Assembly: GCF_006345805.1 (NCBI RefSeq) | Contig: NC_043006.1 | Coordinates: forward strand, 26,040,001-26,104,000 | Length of the DNA stretch: 64,000 bases | Direction of reading: 5' to 3' | From: Octopus sinensis | Taxonomy: Eukaryota | Part shown: positions 12,558 to 26,229 of the stretch, piece after piece | How positions within the stretch are numbered: position 1 is the stretch's first letter | Layout of the letters: each line of letters starts with the position of its first letter | The notes under the pieces: model-generated | Told to the model about the DNA's origin: nothing | What the model saw: only the letters and a program-made list of their open reading frames with translations | The model's database searches: none | Translations under genes and position numbers: made by a program

Positions 12558-14059
12558 CTTTGTCTAGTGGTTATGGAAAAAGAGGTTTTGTAGTGGATGA
12601 GTCTGAAAGGATTGAGTCAAGACACCTCCCTCTTCAGCCAAGCCTTCATTGACTTTTTAAGTTCCATTTGAAAAGGAAAGTGAGGGTGGAGAGAGAAATG
12701 CTCTCTCTCTGTTAATTTGGGAAAAAAAACAGCAAAAATTTGTTACAAAAATGGTTAGGGTGTATGGACCTACTCTAAGCATGCACTTATAGTTTAGAGA
12801 ACAACAGTTGAGTTAGGGCTCATGCTTTTGGTTGTCAAGGTAATGATGGATCTGGTTGGCCCTTGAATGATGCAATCCTCCTGTATCAGGAGGATTGCAT
12901 CATTCATGTATTCACATGCTTATATATGGCGCATGCTTTTATCTTATTTCACTGTCTTTTCCCACCACAAAAAGTATATTCTTGTAATGTTCCCTTCATC
13001 TATGCCTTGTGACAAATAAAAGAAATCATTATTATTATTGCAGCAGATCAGTTAAGTGATAGATACAATAATCAATTAGATTAAGTATCTTGTGGTGCTT
13101 ATATCCTGTTTATATTTTCTATATAAATCCTTCCAAAATAGAATTTGCCTTTCATCTGTCAGGAGTTGATAAAATATGATATACTAGACAGGGATTGATG
13201 TTAAACAACTATAGCTTTACCCCAATAATTCCATGATTATATCCTTCCCAATAAACACATGACATTGTGCCTACCTGAGAAGTCATTATCATTAATAGTA
13301 ATAAAAATGCTACTATTATTATAAGGATCACATTTTACAGAACATACATTGAAGGATGTTTTCAGTATCAATAAAGATGTGTTACATAATTATACTAGAG
13401 AATATTTAGGTTGAGGATTATTGATAATTTCAAAATATGTTAGGTTCAACACTGCTGCAAGACATAAACTAATCTTCCTTGAGTGGTAGCCTTTACATCA
13501 GATTATATCCCACCTCTCGATTTTAAATCAAATTAATCAGTAAAACATTGAAATAGGGTATGAAACTTACCTCAGTATATGTTTTATATGGAACTGTAGC
13601 AAATTTACATAAATTTCTTAATTTGTATACATGGGTATACTTCATTACTAGTTTAAAATAATTCTATTTTTCAGACTTTATAGGTTTTGCGCCAAATTAT
13701 AATGAAAGTAATAATGGTTCATAATATTAGGATAACACTACAATTGAACAAACTTTGGGGGTGATTTGATTTAATCAATTCAGTATTTTATTGGTAATTA
13801 TTCTATTAACCTTGAAACAATGCAAGGCAAAAATTGACCCCAGTGAGATTTGAACACAGAACATTCTTTGATTCAAATCATCTGAGTAAAACACAAATAG
13901 TAATGACATTTTATAAGCCCTGTGAACAATGGGTCCTATAGCTTCGCACTCCTGCAGTATAACAGAAAAAAATTTCCTTACTAGGTAAAGTGAGCACTGC
14001 TTGAAATAAAAAAAAATTAACTCAAATACTCTCAAAATAGAGAGCAGACAAAGAAGCCA

Positions 14060-14700
14060 AGGCTAATGCCTTCAATAGATTTGCAAAAGAGTCTGCTTCA
14101 ATACAGTACAAGATAGGGCCACTGTTTGAAGAAAATGGCTCACTGAGTGCAGACACCCAAAAAAACAAGTGAAAAATTAAATATGCAATACAAAAGTGTT
14201 ACTACATTTCTATTGGAACACTTGCAAATAAATATGCTAGATGAGTTCTTTGACACCACCACTCTACATGAAGGAATGGCAATTATCAATTACATGGAAA
14301 TAGAGAAAACTGATGTAATATCAGCCATTGATCAAATGAGCTTAGACTCAGTCACTGGCCCTGATGGATTCCCAGCAATCTTCAAAAAAAAAAAAAAAAA
14401 ACCCAAGCAAAACCACTGCAGATCTTCTCCAAAGCTTCCTTGCAAGTGATAGACTTCTCAGAAAGTTAAAGACAAAGCAAATATGTCCTGTCCATAAAGG
14501 ACATTAAAATTTATAGGCTTGCCTCTCTAACTTCACATGCCAGCCAATTCATAGAATGAACTGTCAATAAGAAGCTGATCATACTCTTAGAAGATAATGA
14601 CTTGCTTCCTGACACCCAGCAGGGCTTCTGCTCAGGAAGAAGCTGGCTTACATGGCTTCTGCAGCATTATGACTGGGTGTTGAAACAACTTATGAATCGC
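14060..14700 (+). mobile_element. LINE reverse-transcriptase N-terminal fragment (CR1/L2/Jockey group), degenerate
   Basis: IEKTDVISAIDQMSLDSVTGPDGFPAIF, followed by remnants of PVHKG, SLTSH and LLPDTQQGF.SGRS. Confidence 0.7.
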
Positions 14701-15149
14701 TAAAACTTATGGAAGCCTGATGTTAATTGATGATGAGATGCAAAAAGACACATATACACACAATCATAATCATCATTTAATGTCTACCTTTCATACTGGC
14801 ATGGGTTAGACAATTTTGCAAGATCCTACATGCAAGAGGACTGTGTCAAGCTTAAATGTCTGCCAAGGCATGATTTCTATGTTTGATGCTCTTCCTAATG
14901 TCAGCCATGTTACAGAGTGTACTGAATGCTTTTCCATGGCACCAGCACAAATGAGGTAGCCATGTAACTCACAAGACAAAATAGAGCTCTCAACTGAGTG
15001 GGGTAGTAGAAAGGGAGGAAGATGTATGCCACATATGACAGATGGACAAACAAGGTCATGATGTAGCAGAGATACATGGCTACCCCATACTATATAAGGG
15101 TGAATGGGAGAAGCAGGAAAGAGAGTTAAAGATGGTAGAGATAAATGTC

Positions 15150-16440
15150 AGGACATATTAAGGTACAAGGTGTGTAAAAGAAAGAATAGTGATAGAAGAC
15201 CTGGAATGGTTGGCAGTGTGCAAGAGAGGAAAGTGGCAGACAGTTAAAGATAGAGATAGAAGTGAATGTAGTGAATGGCAAACAAAGGTGGAGATATGGT
15301 GGATGGTATATATGAGTTTCAGGAAAAGGGGAAAGAAACAGGAGTGGCTCAAGAAGAAAGAGCTGATAAGTGACAGTACAGAAAGAGTGCAGAGGAGCAA
15401 TATAATAATGAAACGCATGCAATTCTCTCATATAATTACAGCAGCTGAATAGCGCCATAGTTAGATGGAGGGATGGGTATTAGGAAGATGAGAGATGGGG
15501 AAGGCTTGACAGGGATAGAGTGGGTGTGGGAATAAGGTCCACACACACACACACACACAGACATATGTGCACATATACACATATACACCATACTCATACA
15601 TAGGGGGAAGAGCTGGTAATGAGTTGTCTGGGGAGTAAATTATATACATCCTTCAAAGAAAGGGTTATAAGTGACAGAAAATGGATAAAAAGGTTCAGTC
15701 ACATGGCACTGTGTTCCTGAGTAACGAAGCTAACATTGTAAAGAATGAAAATTAAAGACTATTTAATACTAACAGAAATATATAGTTGAGAAAATAAGGA
15801 GAAATATGTAATGAATTATAACACTTACTAATAATAAACATTCTCTGGATCCAGTTTAGGATGTTTGTGTGTCCAGTAGCAATACCATCCCATTTGTGTG
15901 TGCACTACTCCACTGAAAGCCTCAATTGAGCTTTGTAGAGAGTCAACAGCTGATAGGGGCTGAGATATGTTCTGACCCTAAAGTGAATGGCCAGTTTTGG
16001 GGATACGGTCCTCACTACCTTATTGATATGCTTTTGCCTGGAGAGATCCTTGGTGATAGTAAGGTCCAGCATTTGAAGTGACTGTGAGGCTCTAGCTGAT
16101 TGTCATACATGCTTAAGGGGGGCTATGGCATTGTGAGTAGTGCTTTAGCTTTTTCTTTGTTAAAAGAGACAAGGTTAGCAAGGCCCCACAGAGTATGCTC
16201 TCAAGATTTTCATTTCTGGAATCAATCCAGGTTTGGTGTGTGGTATGTAGGTTATGTGTGGATGAAATATGGTTAGAGAATGTTAAGGAGGAATGAAAGT
16301 TCATGTCATCAGCATGGGTGTTGTTGGATGTGGCAGTAAGTAGATCATTGAAGCACAGAAGGAAGAGAGTTGGGGACAAAACCAAACCCTGACAAACATT
16401 CAAGTTGATTGAGAGGGTGACAGCAGGAGTCCCAACACAT
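15150..16440 (-). mobile_element. CR1/L2-group LINE RT-to-3' fragment, degenerate
   Basis: QG.VLSPTLFLLCFNDLL...HADD..FHSS RT core at 16400-16250. Similar to the plus-strand piece at 62630-63400. Confidence 0.65.
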
Positions 16441-16788
16441 CCTACAGTGGTAAAATCTGATAAGACAATTTAGATACAACTAAACAGAAGGGCAACTGTA
16501 AGGAAAGCAGAGTAAGACTCTACAGAACTTATAAGAAAGTGTACATTAATCATGAAATAATTCTGGTTTGATAACTTTGATCATACAAGCAGAGCTAATC
16601 CCCCTGTGGACACCCTATATGTTGCTATGGATCACCAATATAAAAACTTGAGTAGAAATTAATAATTGTGGTTTTAGTGATAGACTACAAACTTGAACAA
16701 TTAGTAGCTTGAAGGGAATCCATCTGTAAAAGCAATATATCCAACAATATTCAAACACAAAGGTCAATAATTAATCAACAATTCATAC

Positions 16789-16963
16789 CTTATCAACATT
16801 AGCTCTAGTTTTAGCTGAAGTTTCTACATAAGACACATTCCACTGGACAGCCCTCTGACTAGCTTCATCTGCACTGACTTGACGTTTGTCCTCAAGATCA
16901 GCTTTGTTGCCAACTAGTAGGAATGGAATATTGTCATCATTTTTAACTCTTAGAATTTGTTCC
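16789..16963 (-). CDS. Ral: Ral GTPase, coding exon 3 ([59 protein letters not shown])
   Basis: 175 nt with cag|G acceptor and AAG|gtatga donor. Phase matches exon 2. Contains G4 NKAD and G5 ETSAK. Confidence 0.98.
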
Positions 16964-18679
16964 CTGGGTAAGAAAAAAAAAGTGTAACATTATTAACTTG
17001 AAGAAATCAAACATATTTGGTGACATTAAATTAAATTCAAATGTGTGACTTTCTCTCAGAGCAGTTACTCAATTCACACATTTTAAAATTTATCATCACC
17101 AGCAATTGAATATTTGTATCTCAATGAAAACACACTTCAACGACAGAATATGATACTTAAAAGCAATTTTAGTTCTATTTTATAAAATAGAACTAAAATC
17201 AATGCAATAGCTTTGGTGTAGGAAAAACTGTCAACATGTTTGTCAATATGAATAAAATATTTTGAGTCTTTCAATCCCTATAAATAATCAATTGCTAGAG
17301 CAATTGTTACAACTTATCTAAATGGTTAATGTATATTTTCAATTATGGTCTGCTGATATGGCTTTCATGTAGGGACTGGATATTCTGTTGACATTGATCT
17401 AATCAAAAATATCTGCAAACACACATCAGCCTGTCATTGCATACAAAACACGAGAGAGACAACATTAGAAAATTACAACAGTTAGACAACAGCTGAATTA
17501 ACCAATTCTCTTTTACACCATTCCACGAATTGCTCGTTAATTAAAAACAGCCTAGTCATCATGAAGTCACAATAATTACAAATTTATTGGAAAAACTTCA
17601 ATACAAGATAAACAAAAGGGCCTAAATCAATAGAAATTTCCCAAGATTAGTCAGCAATGAAAACATGCTGAAACGAAGTTTCACACCTTAATTTGCAGAA
17701 TAAGATCAGCAGAGGGGATAGGCACATGTTCATCTGTTTGGTCACTGGTCACATATTGAAGTTGCTCAAGCAGATATCCCACTATTCTACATGTTATCCA
17801 TTTGACAGTGTAACAGCAATTTAATCTTCAATTAATGGCCATGCTAATGCAACAACTACAGATTCAAAGAACTCTTAAAGTTTGAAGAAAATGCATGAAT
17901 CAGACATACCATTTTCCCAGTTGACAATACAAAAGCAGTTTAATCTTCCACCAATGCACTTTGAAGTTTCAGACACATTTTTATTTTATCTACCTCAATA
18001 ACAGGCAACAGCATAGCTGGAGACATTAATGAACATGTTGATCAACAGAATTGTTACTCCAATGTACATGGAGGTTATGGCTATGACACAAAGAATGAAG
18101 AACAGATCAATGTTTTGTTGCACAAATGACCCAACAATTTTCAGCCACTCGATCATCTAACATTCAAGTGAACACATGAGTCCATACTCTTCAAGAAACA
18201 TGACTGTTGGATGTGAATACTAAATCTTCCCCTAGTGACATTAGGATAAGAGATATGAACTAAACACACCTACAGACACAAGAGAAACTAGAGAAGAAAA
18301 GTATGAAAACTGAAAAATGCCTTTGCTATATGGCTGTTCATAAAAGTATTAGATTGTGCCTATGGTGAAGATGTGATAGTCTTATAACAGAAAACTGAGA
18401 GTTTCTATAGGACAACCTGCCATAAGCCACATACTAGATCTGTGAAATTAAGGTTCCAGCTATACAACCAAAAGGGCCTTAATGATGTAAAGATAAGGAA
18501 AACAGTAGGACAGTCAAGGATATTCACTGAGATGCAGAAAGTATTTGACACAGATATGCACTTGTCACTCAAATAATTAATCATGTAGTACAGCAACAGT
18601 ATCATCAATTGCCACAAAAGTAAAAGGAGATACCTTAGAAAAGAGCAATTACAGCAGCAACTATTATAAAAGTGACAGA

Positions 18680-19010
18680 AAGAATATCAGGACAGCTAAT
18701 TAAGAAAATTATAATCTTAGATGTGATGCGATTTGGGTTTATACCAGGATGTGGAACCACTGAAGCCCTCATTTTGATAAGACAGCTACAAGAGAAGTTC
18801 TTACTCATGAGTGAACCACTCTAAATAGTATTTATTGAACTGGACGAGGCCTTTCACAGGGTATTGTACTCAGTAGTTTGATAATCATTAAGAAAATCAG
18901 ATATAGATTAATGATTTTCCAGAGACAAGCAAACTATACGTAGGAGTCCTTCCAGTAAAATGAGAATCAGAGTTCAGTAAAGAATTTAGCATACAGATAT
19001 ATGTCCATCT
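18680..19010 (+). mobile_element. RTE-type LINE RT fragment
   Basis: RFGFIPGCGTTEALILIRQLQEKF...FIELDEAFHRV. Confidence 0.7.
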
Positions 19011-19744
19011 TGCGTGGTGCACCAGATCTTATTCTGTTTTGAACATTTCCCAATTTTTTATATCTTTGAATAAATGAAGATATGGTAGAAAATGGAATAC
19101 AAAGGGTCTCTGATATTTTCCTGTAACTTTTACCTGCTTTCCACTGAATTTGTGAGTTCTTTACTTTTCGCCATTATTACGATACTACTTATGTTGTCTC
19201 AATGCTGAATGAAGAAGCTAGTGTTCTGACACTTAAAAATGACAACTGATAAGATTATTGGAACAAATGAGAAAGTTCTAGTAAAAAGCAGAAAATTATA
19301 ATCTTAGATTATAATTATAATCTGAGATGCAGAAAGTATTTGACACAGATATGTACTTGTCACTCAAATAATTAATCATGTAGTACAGCAACAGTATCAT
19401 CAACTGCCACAAAAGTAAAGGAGATACCTTAGAAAAGAGCAATTACAGCAGCAACTATTATAAAATATAACTATTATATTTTAACAGTATTTTGTGGCAT
19501 AGAAAATCATAAATTTATTCTGTACGAATACTTTTTTCACCCCTAAATATTTATAATTGTATATAAATTCATTAGTTACAATAATTTATTAGTTTCTTTT
19601 GTATATTCTTAATTTATGCATGTGTATGCATATATAGTATTGGTATATCCCATTTATGTTCATTAGAAATTAAATAAATAAAGAATTTTGATGTGTACGA
19701 ATATTTATTTCCTCCCACTGTATGTATGTATTTGTTATTTGTGT

Positions 19745-19938
19745 CTATGTTTGTCCCTCCACCATTGACAACTGATGTCGGTGTATTTACGTTCCCGTCA
19801 CTTAGAAGTTTAGCAAAAAAAGACCGATAATATAAGTACTAGGCTTACAAAGAATAAGTCCTGGGGTTGATTTATTCAACTAAAGTCAGTGCTCCAGCAT
19901 GGCAATAGTCAAATGAATAGATCAAGTAAAAGAATAAA
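19745..19938 (+). mobile_element. SINE family A, 3' half
   Basis: Matches 1335-1518. Confidence 0.85.
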
Positions 19939-19988
19939 AGAATACATATTATACATTATATTCTATATTCACTTAGTGTTAATAACAT

Positions 19989-20055
<67 letters not shown>

Positions 20056-20111
20056 TTATAACATGTATTTATTTTGGTGTTAATAACATACATATTTATA
20101 TATGTATGTTA

Positions 20112-20142
<31 letters not shown>

Positions 20143-20259
20143 CTGCACATCAGACGCACACAAATACAGACGCATTTATTTCAAGCCAAATTTTTATGTT
20201 CCACATACTACCTCTGTTAACAGCTATTTTTATTTAATATACATAATCTGGTATATACA

Positions 20260-21058
20260 TAAGCTGGTATGGTCATGTAGCGAGAATGGATGTGGATAGC
20301 TGTGTGAAAAAGTGCCACACCCTAGCAGTTGAGGGAACCTGGGGAAGAGGTAGACCCAGGAAGACCTGGGATGAGGTGGTGAAGCATGACCTTCAAACAC
20401 TGGGCCTCACCAAGGCAATGTGACCAGGACCTCTGGAAATATGCTGTGCTTGAGAAGACTCGGCAAGTGCAAGTGAGACCATAACCTTGTGGCCTATGCC
20501 AGGGGTGTAACCAGTCCCCTTATGTGTGTCTTTCCTTCATTGGACACTAAACTCTGCTTGCAAAGACTTGTTGAGGCAATCGAAATCAAATTCGATGACT
20601 GGCATCCGTGCTAGTGAGGCGCTTAGAGTACCATACAAGTGAGATCGGGGCCAGAGCAACAAGCTGGCCTCCAAGCCGATGGCACGTTAAAAACATCATC
20701 CAAGCCTGATCATTACCTGCATCACCTTACTAGCACTTGTGCTGGTGGCACGTGAAAAAACATTCAAGTGAGGTCGTTGCCAGTGCCGCTGGACTGGCTC
20801 CTGTGCAGGTGGCACATAAAAAGCACCATTTGAGTGTGGCCGTTGCCAGTACCGCCTGACTGGCCCTCGTGCCAGTGGCACGTAAAAGCACCCACTACAC
20901 TCTCGGAGTGGTTGGTGTTAAGAAGGGCATCCAGCTGTAGAAACTCTGCCAGATCAGATTGGAGTCCGGTGCAGCCATCTGATTTGCCAGGCCTCAGTCA
21001 AATCACCCAACCCGTGCTAGCATGGAAAGCGGACATTAAACGATGATGATGATGAGGA
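20260..21058 (+). mobile_element. RTE LINE 3' end (RT C-terminus plus 3'UTR with internal subrepeats, (GAT)n tail)
   Basis: WYGHVARMDVDSCVKKCHTLAVEGT.GRGRPRKTWDEVVKHDL. Repeated GGTGGCACGTAAAA units. Ends CATGGAAAGCGGACATTAAACGATGATGATG. Confidence 0.85.
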
Positions 21059-21226
21059 TGATTGAAACAAAACCGTACCTAACATACTCAAATCTGTCTC
21101 AAAGGACTATGCGTACTACCAAACATCACAACAAGAGTTTTATCAACATTCATAGATAAGCATATATTCAAAGAAATCATAACATCATTTAAATGTGCAA
21201 AAAAGACAGAGAAAGCTATATACTCA

Positions 21227-21484
<258 letters not shown>

Positions 21485-21779
21485 TTACAAAGAAACTGGA
21501 ACTATTCTTAACCAATCCACTGACTTTTCAGATATTTTCAATATTTTCTTTACCTTAAAACCTATCTCTCACTCAAACATCCCAAGATCTGTATTAATAG
21601 GTTCCCATTGCAGGTCACTAAATTTTAAAACACTACACTGACTGTTATTTCAAATCAGTCAGAACTTCATTGGTTCTAATTCTGACAGCCACTGACAGCA
21701 AATGTCCTTAATCCAAACCCACTTGAGACAGTTTAGTGATTGACAAATACTTATACACTTGATACCCATAATCCAGTAA

Positions 21780-22145
21780 TCTCTCTATATATAAACGGCA
21801 GTTTGTCTGTGTGTGTTTCTGTGTGTCTGTTTGGTTGTACCCTCACCCTGACCACGGCTTTCAACCGATTCTGATGAAACTTGACACACACATAGCCCAA
21901 TGTCATAATTCAAAACTAACGCAGCGAAAATTTTGAAAAGTTCCCCCAGTTCTGAAAAAAATCGATAAATTCGACATGGGATCGAGAATCAGAAACACAA
22001 ACCACAGACTGTCTAGGGGACGCAACTCGACCTTTTTTAACTCTCAAAAAAAAATTTACCATCATTTGTTTTCCATTTTTTTGCTATTTTTTGGCTATAA
22101 CTCTCTAAAAATGCTTTATAGTTATTTCCCTTACAAACCTGAGCA
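21780..22145 (+). mobile_element. Non-autonomous Helitron-like element, 5' portion
   Basis: Begins A|TCTCTCTATATATAAA followed by (TG)-rich tract and CCGATTCTGATGAAACTTG, a typical Helitron-N start. No 3' CTRR end identified. Confidence 0.5.
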
Positions 22146-22293
22146 ACATAAACACCACCACTGCAGTACAAACAAAATATATAATACACGACTCTGGGCC
22201 ACTTTCCCAATCTACAGTATGCACATATACAACAAACAATGGTCCGAAAATTACTATTTTTTAAATCTCACAAGAGATATTCAGCAACAGTAC

Positions 22294-22555
22294 TTTGGAG
22301 TAAAGATTGTTTGCCAACATAACATGGCAGTCCTGATTTAGGATAAATGTTGCTGTAATTTAGCCCCAAGAGACATTGTCTCCAGTTGGCTATACGATAC
22401 AATCTGTGACCTTATATTCCCTTGTTTGAAATTATAAGGACACAGATCGTGTTGTATAGCCAGCTGGAGATGATGTTTCTTGGAGCTAAATTGCAACAAC
22501 ATTTGTCCTAAACCAGGACTGCCATGTTATGTTGGCAAACAATCTTTACTCCAAA
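22294..22555. mobile_element. Palindromic MITE (about 262 bp)
   Basis: TTTGGAGTAAAGATTGTTTGCCAACATAACATGGCAGTCCTG at the left end is exactly inverted at the right end, and complementarity continues almost to the centre. Confidence 0.85.
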
Positions 22556-22999
22556 CAATGGTCCATTTTAAAATATGTTTAAATCTACTTCCTTCATCAA
22601 CATATACAAACAACTACTATGTATATTAATTTCATCAGTTAACTATTCCAATGTTCTAACCATAGAGCCTAAACTGTAGGTCTTAAGTTGAAATCGTTAT
22701 AGTAAACAAACTTTCTTTCTTTGGATTTCTATTTGAAATTGTGGAAACATGATAGCGTCCCCTTTCCAAAAATGGTAGCCTCTCAGATTATGCTCACCAC
22801 TAGTTTATTGCCTTCACTTCCAAATGTGAATGTCACCTTCTTTACTGACTTGAATGTTCTCTCCTCACTGCCACTTGTACATTATACTAAATATATTCAC
22901 AGAAGATTTGGTCACCTTTAATCATACACTTTCTAATGTATATGACCATTCATTCCTCTCAAACTAGCTTCATCCAGATAAAAGATTGACACTTCTGTC

Positions 23000-23480
23000 A
23001 AACAGGCAGCCCTCAATTCAGTTTCCGTGCCAATCCGCATCTATGATCATGAATGTTGGGTAATGATTGAAAAAGTACGATTGCAAATACGAGTGGCCAA
23101 AATGGGGTTCTTCTGAAGGATCTCTGGAGTAACGTCACTCAGCTGGATGTGTAGCTTGGAGATCAGGGAGCCATTACTTCTACACATTGACAGATCACAA
23201 CTCTGGTACTATGGACATGGGATTAGCAAGTTGCAGGAAAGAATCACAAGATAGATTTTTCAAGCCAAGCCAATTAGCAGGAGACATAGCTGTAGACCAA
23301 GAATGAGATGGTTGGATAATAGCAATTGTCTCAGTTGGTTATTATGCTTGGGAATCCAGTCGGAAAGTGTAATGACAGCTGCTTCTGATATGACCCAATG
23401 GAAGAGGTGCCTGATCTACCCCCATGGCTCTCCCAGGAATAGTGGGCAGAAAATAAAAGAATGACTGGATATCTCTAAGT
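23000..23480 (+). mobile_element. RTE-type LINE RT C-terminal fragment and 3' tail
   Basis: Remnants ...HECWVM..., HIDRSQLWYYGH, RPRMRWLD. Confidence 0.65.
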
Positions 23481-25113
23481 ATATAGGTATGCATTTCTCT
23501 CCTTGTTTCTTTCTGTGTTTCTTTTCTGTGTATCTTTCTGTTGAAGAGTGTAGGCTCGAAATGTTAAAGACTTGTTTTATTTATATTCCTGAGCGCCATA
23601 CTAATACAATTGTTTGTTTGTATTCCACCTGCCTTCGTCTTTTGTCTATTTTCATAAAGCTTCCCGTTATATACACATGTATGTATTAATGTTTGAGTAT
23701 TTATATGTATGTATGTATGTCTAGACACAAGCCAAATGAGAAAATCTCTGCACAGTTGCTAAAAATAACCAAATCTACCTCAATATCACACACTGCCATC
23801 TTTAAAAAATGGAACGACTCATTAGATGAGAAGAAAACAAAGACAATTTATAGCTTGAATACTTTAGCTTGTAGATCTACTTGATCATGTATGCTGTACA
23901 CATAGAACATTACATACAAATCTAAGAAAATAGCATTTCACAAACAGGCACAGAGTTGCAATTAAGTCAAACTCTTTTTTTCTTTCTTTCTTTCTTTCTC
24001 TCTCCCTATCTTTTACATTCCTTTTTATTCCCCTGTCTGCAACTCATTCTCTCCTACTCTCTCTTTCTTGTCTTTCATACCACTCTTTTGCTCCTGTCTC
24101 CCTGTTCCCCCTCTCTATCACACACATACATACACACAGTTATTTGACTAACATTTAAGCTGAAATTAACCAGAAACAACTGAAGTATTCCTTTTTCTAG
24201 TTGGGAGCAGAAGATAACTTTTAAAGAAGTTTCATCAATTGCTTAGACTCATAACTTTCGCTTGATGCCATGATTAATCACTGCACTCTTTATAAACAAG
24301 AAATCAACAAGGAAGGTGAAACACTGAATTTTTTGAGAAATATTTGGTATTTTTTTTTTTCTTTACTACTTATAAATTGTACTTAGCCATTCGTCTATCA
24401 CAAAGTTAGAAAAGTAATACACTGATATGTACATATATGTACACATACCTATCTATCCCCATGTGCATGCATACCTATAAACTTGGAGATATCCAGTCAT
24501 CCATTTTTTTCTGCCCACTATTCCTGGGAGAGCCATGGGGGTAGATCAGACACCTCTTCCATTGGGTCATATCAGAAGCAGCTGTCATTACACTTTCCGA
24601 CTGGATTCCCAAGCATAATAACCAACTGAGACAATTGATATTATCTAAGGAAATTGGTACTGCTTCACTCTTCTCAGTCTTTGGGGTTGAGATTATCAAT
24701 CACCATTCTCTTTGCAAAGTAACCATCTAAAGTTTAAATTCATTAAATCCATTGAAAAATATAGAACAAAATCATATCTTTTTCAAAAAAGTCATGGGTG
24801 ATGATTATTGCCTGTTTAGAACAGTATCACTATTGCTCAATAACAGCTTAATTTTCCAAACTCTTCAAAAGGAAGCTGTACAGTACCTATGCAATAACTG
24901 CAATTCCTAATAGCATAATACAGGAATAATAATCATGCATGAGTAAGGATGTAAGTCTTTAATGTTGAATTAGCTGGATATTTGGGAATTCTACAATTCT
25001 ACAGGTTCATTGCAAAAATTATTCTTCTGTTCATCATACAGATTCAAAAGTGACATATCTGAATTATAAAGTGGTCAAATTGACAACTATCACTACAATG
25101 CTCTCTTTCTCAT

Positions 25114-25454
25114 AACCAACCACATGGTTCCGGGTTCAGTCCCACTGCGTGGCATCTTGGGCAAGTGTCTTTTGCTATAGCCCCAGGCCGACCAATGCCT
25201 TGTGAGTGGATTTGGTAGACAGAAACTGAAAGAAGCCTGTCGTATATATGTATATATATGTATATGTATGTGTGTGTGTGTGTGTGTGTTTGTCCCCCTA
25301 GCATTGCTTGACAACCGATGCTGGTGTGTTTACGTCCCCTTCACTTAGCAGTTCGGCAAAAGAGACCGATAGAATAAGCACTGGGCTTACAAATAATAAG
25401 TCCCGGGGTCGATTTGCTCAACTAAAGGCAGTGCTCCAGCATGGCTGCAGTCAA
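25114..25454 (+). mobile_element. SINE family A, 5'-truncated
   Basis: Matches 1165-1490. Confidence 0.9.
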
Positions 25455-26229
25455 GAGTATAAAAGAAATATAGAGGAAAAAGAAACATCACAAGTGAGTC
25501 AAAAAGAAAATAATGGAATGAGAATTAAAAAATTAACAGTGCATAGTAGCAAGACAATATTAGAAGAAATTAAAAAAAAAAAAATGATGAAAATAGGGTT
25601 GCAAGAGAAAGGGAATATGAGAGATGACCAAGAGAACAAGAAAGTGATAAAGGTAGAGTAACATAATTACAAGGAGAGGAGAATTAGAGAAATAAAAAAA
25701 GCACAAGAAAAAAATACAATTGTAAAAAAAAGGAGAGAGAGAGAAAGATAGAATAAATAGAGTATATGACTGAAAAAGAATGAAAAATAAGATGAAAAAG
25801 GAAAAGTTTTGCAGAGACAATCTGCAGAAAAAGTATGGATAAATTCAATAGCAGGGTATGGCATTAAATTATATTCTTAATCATGATTATGCATCTGTAA
25901 AAATGTTATGCCTGGACTCTATGTGCAAAACATGTGACAGTGAATCATTAAGTATTAGGTAAATTATAAGGTCCTTTTACCTATAAGTGAGCCATCAAAA
26001 TTCGAAATGGCTTTTCTTTTTGAATACCACTTGAGAATAAAACACTTTCTCAAAAATATTTGAGCATCTGACAGTGCTTTACAAATAACATAATTTTGAG
26101 CAACAATTAATAGATAAATTAGATTTATGCTGTCTTTCAAAGTGCCACAACAAATTCATCGCAGAATTGGCTCTCTTAGAGCTTTTACAGAATAAAAATC
26201 CACAATTTTTACTGATATAATTTATAGGT

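Noticed and set aside
13571-13593. Possible 23-nt minus-strand microexon in Ral intron 3 (ctacag|...GAG|gtaagt)
   Set aside because: It has a strong donor but a poor pyrimidine tract, and inclusion would shift the frame of both terminal exons and remove the CaaX.
17430-18330. Possible decayed RTE/BovB-type endonuclease region
   Set aside because: Only faint resemblance, too degraded to annotate without alignment.
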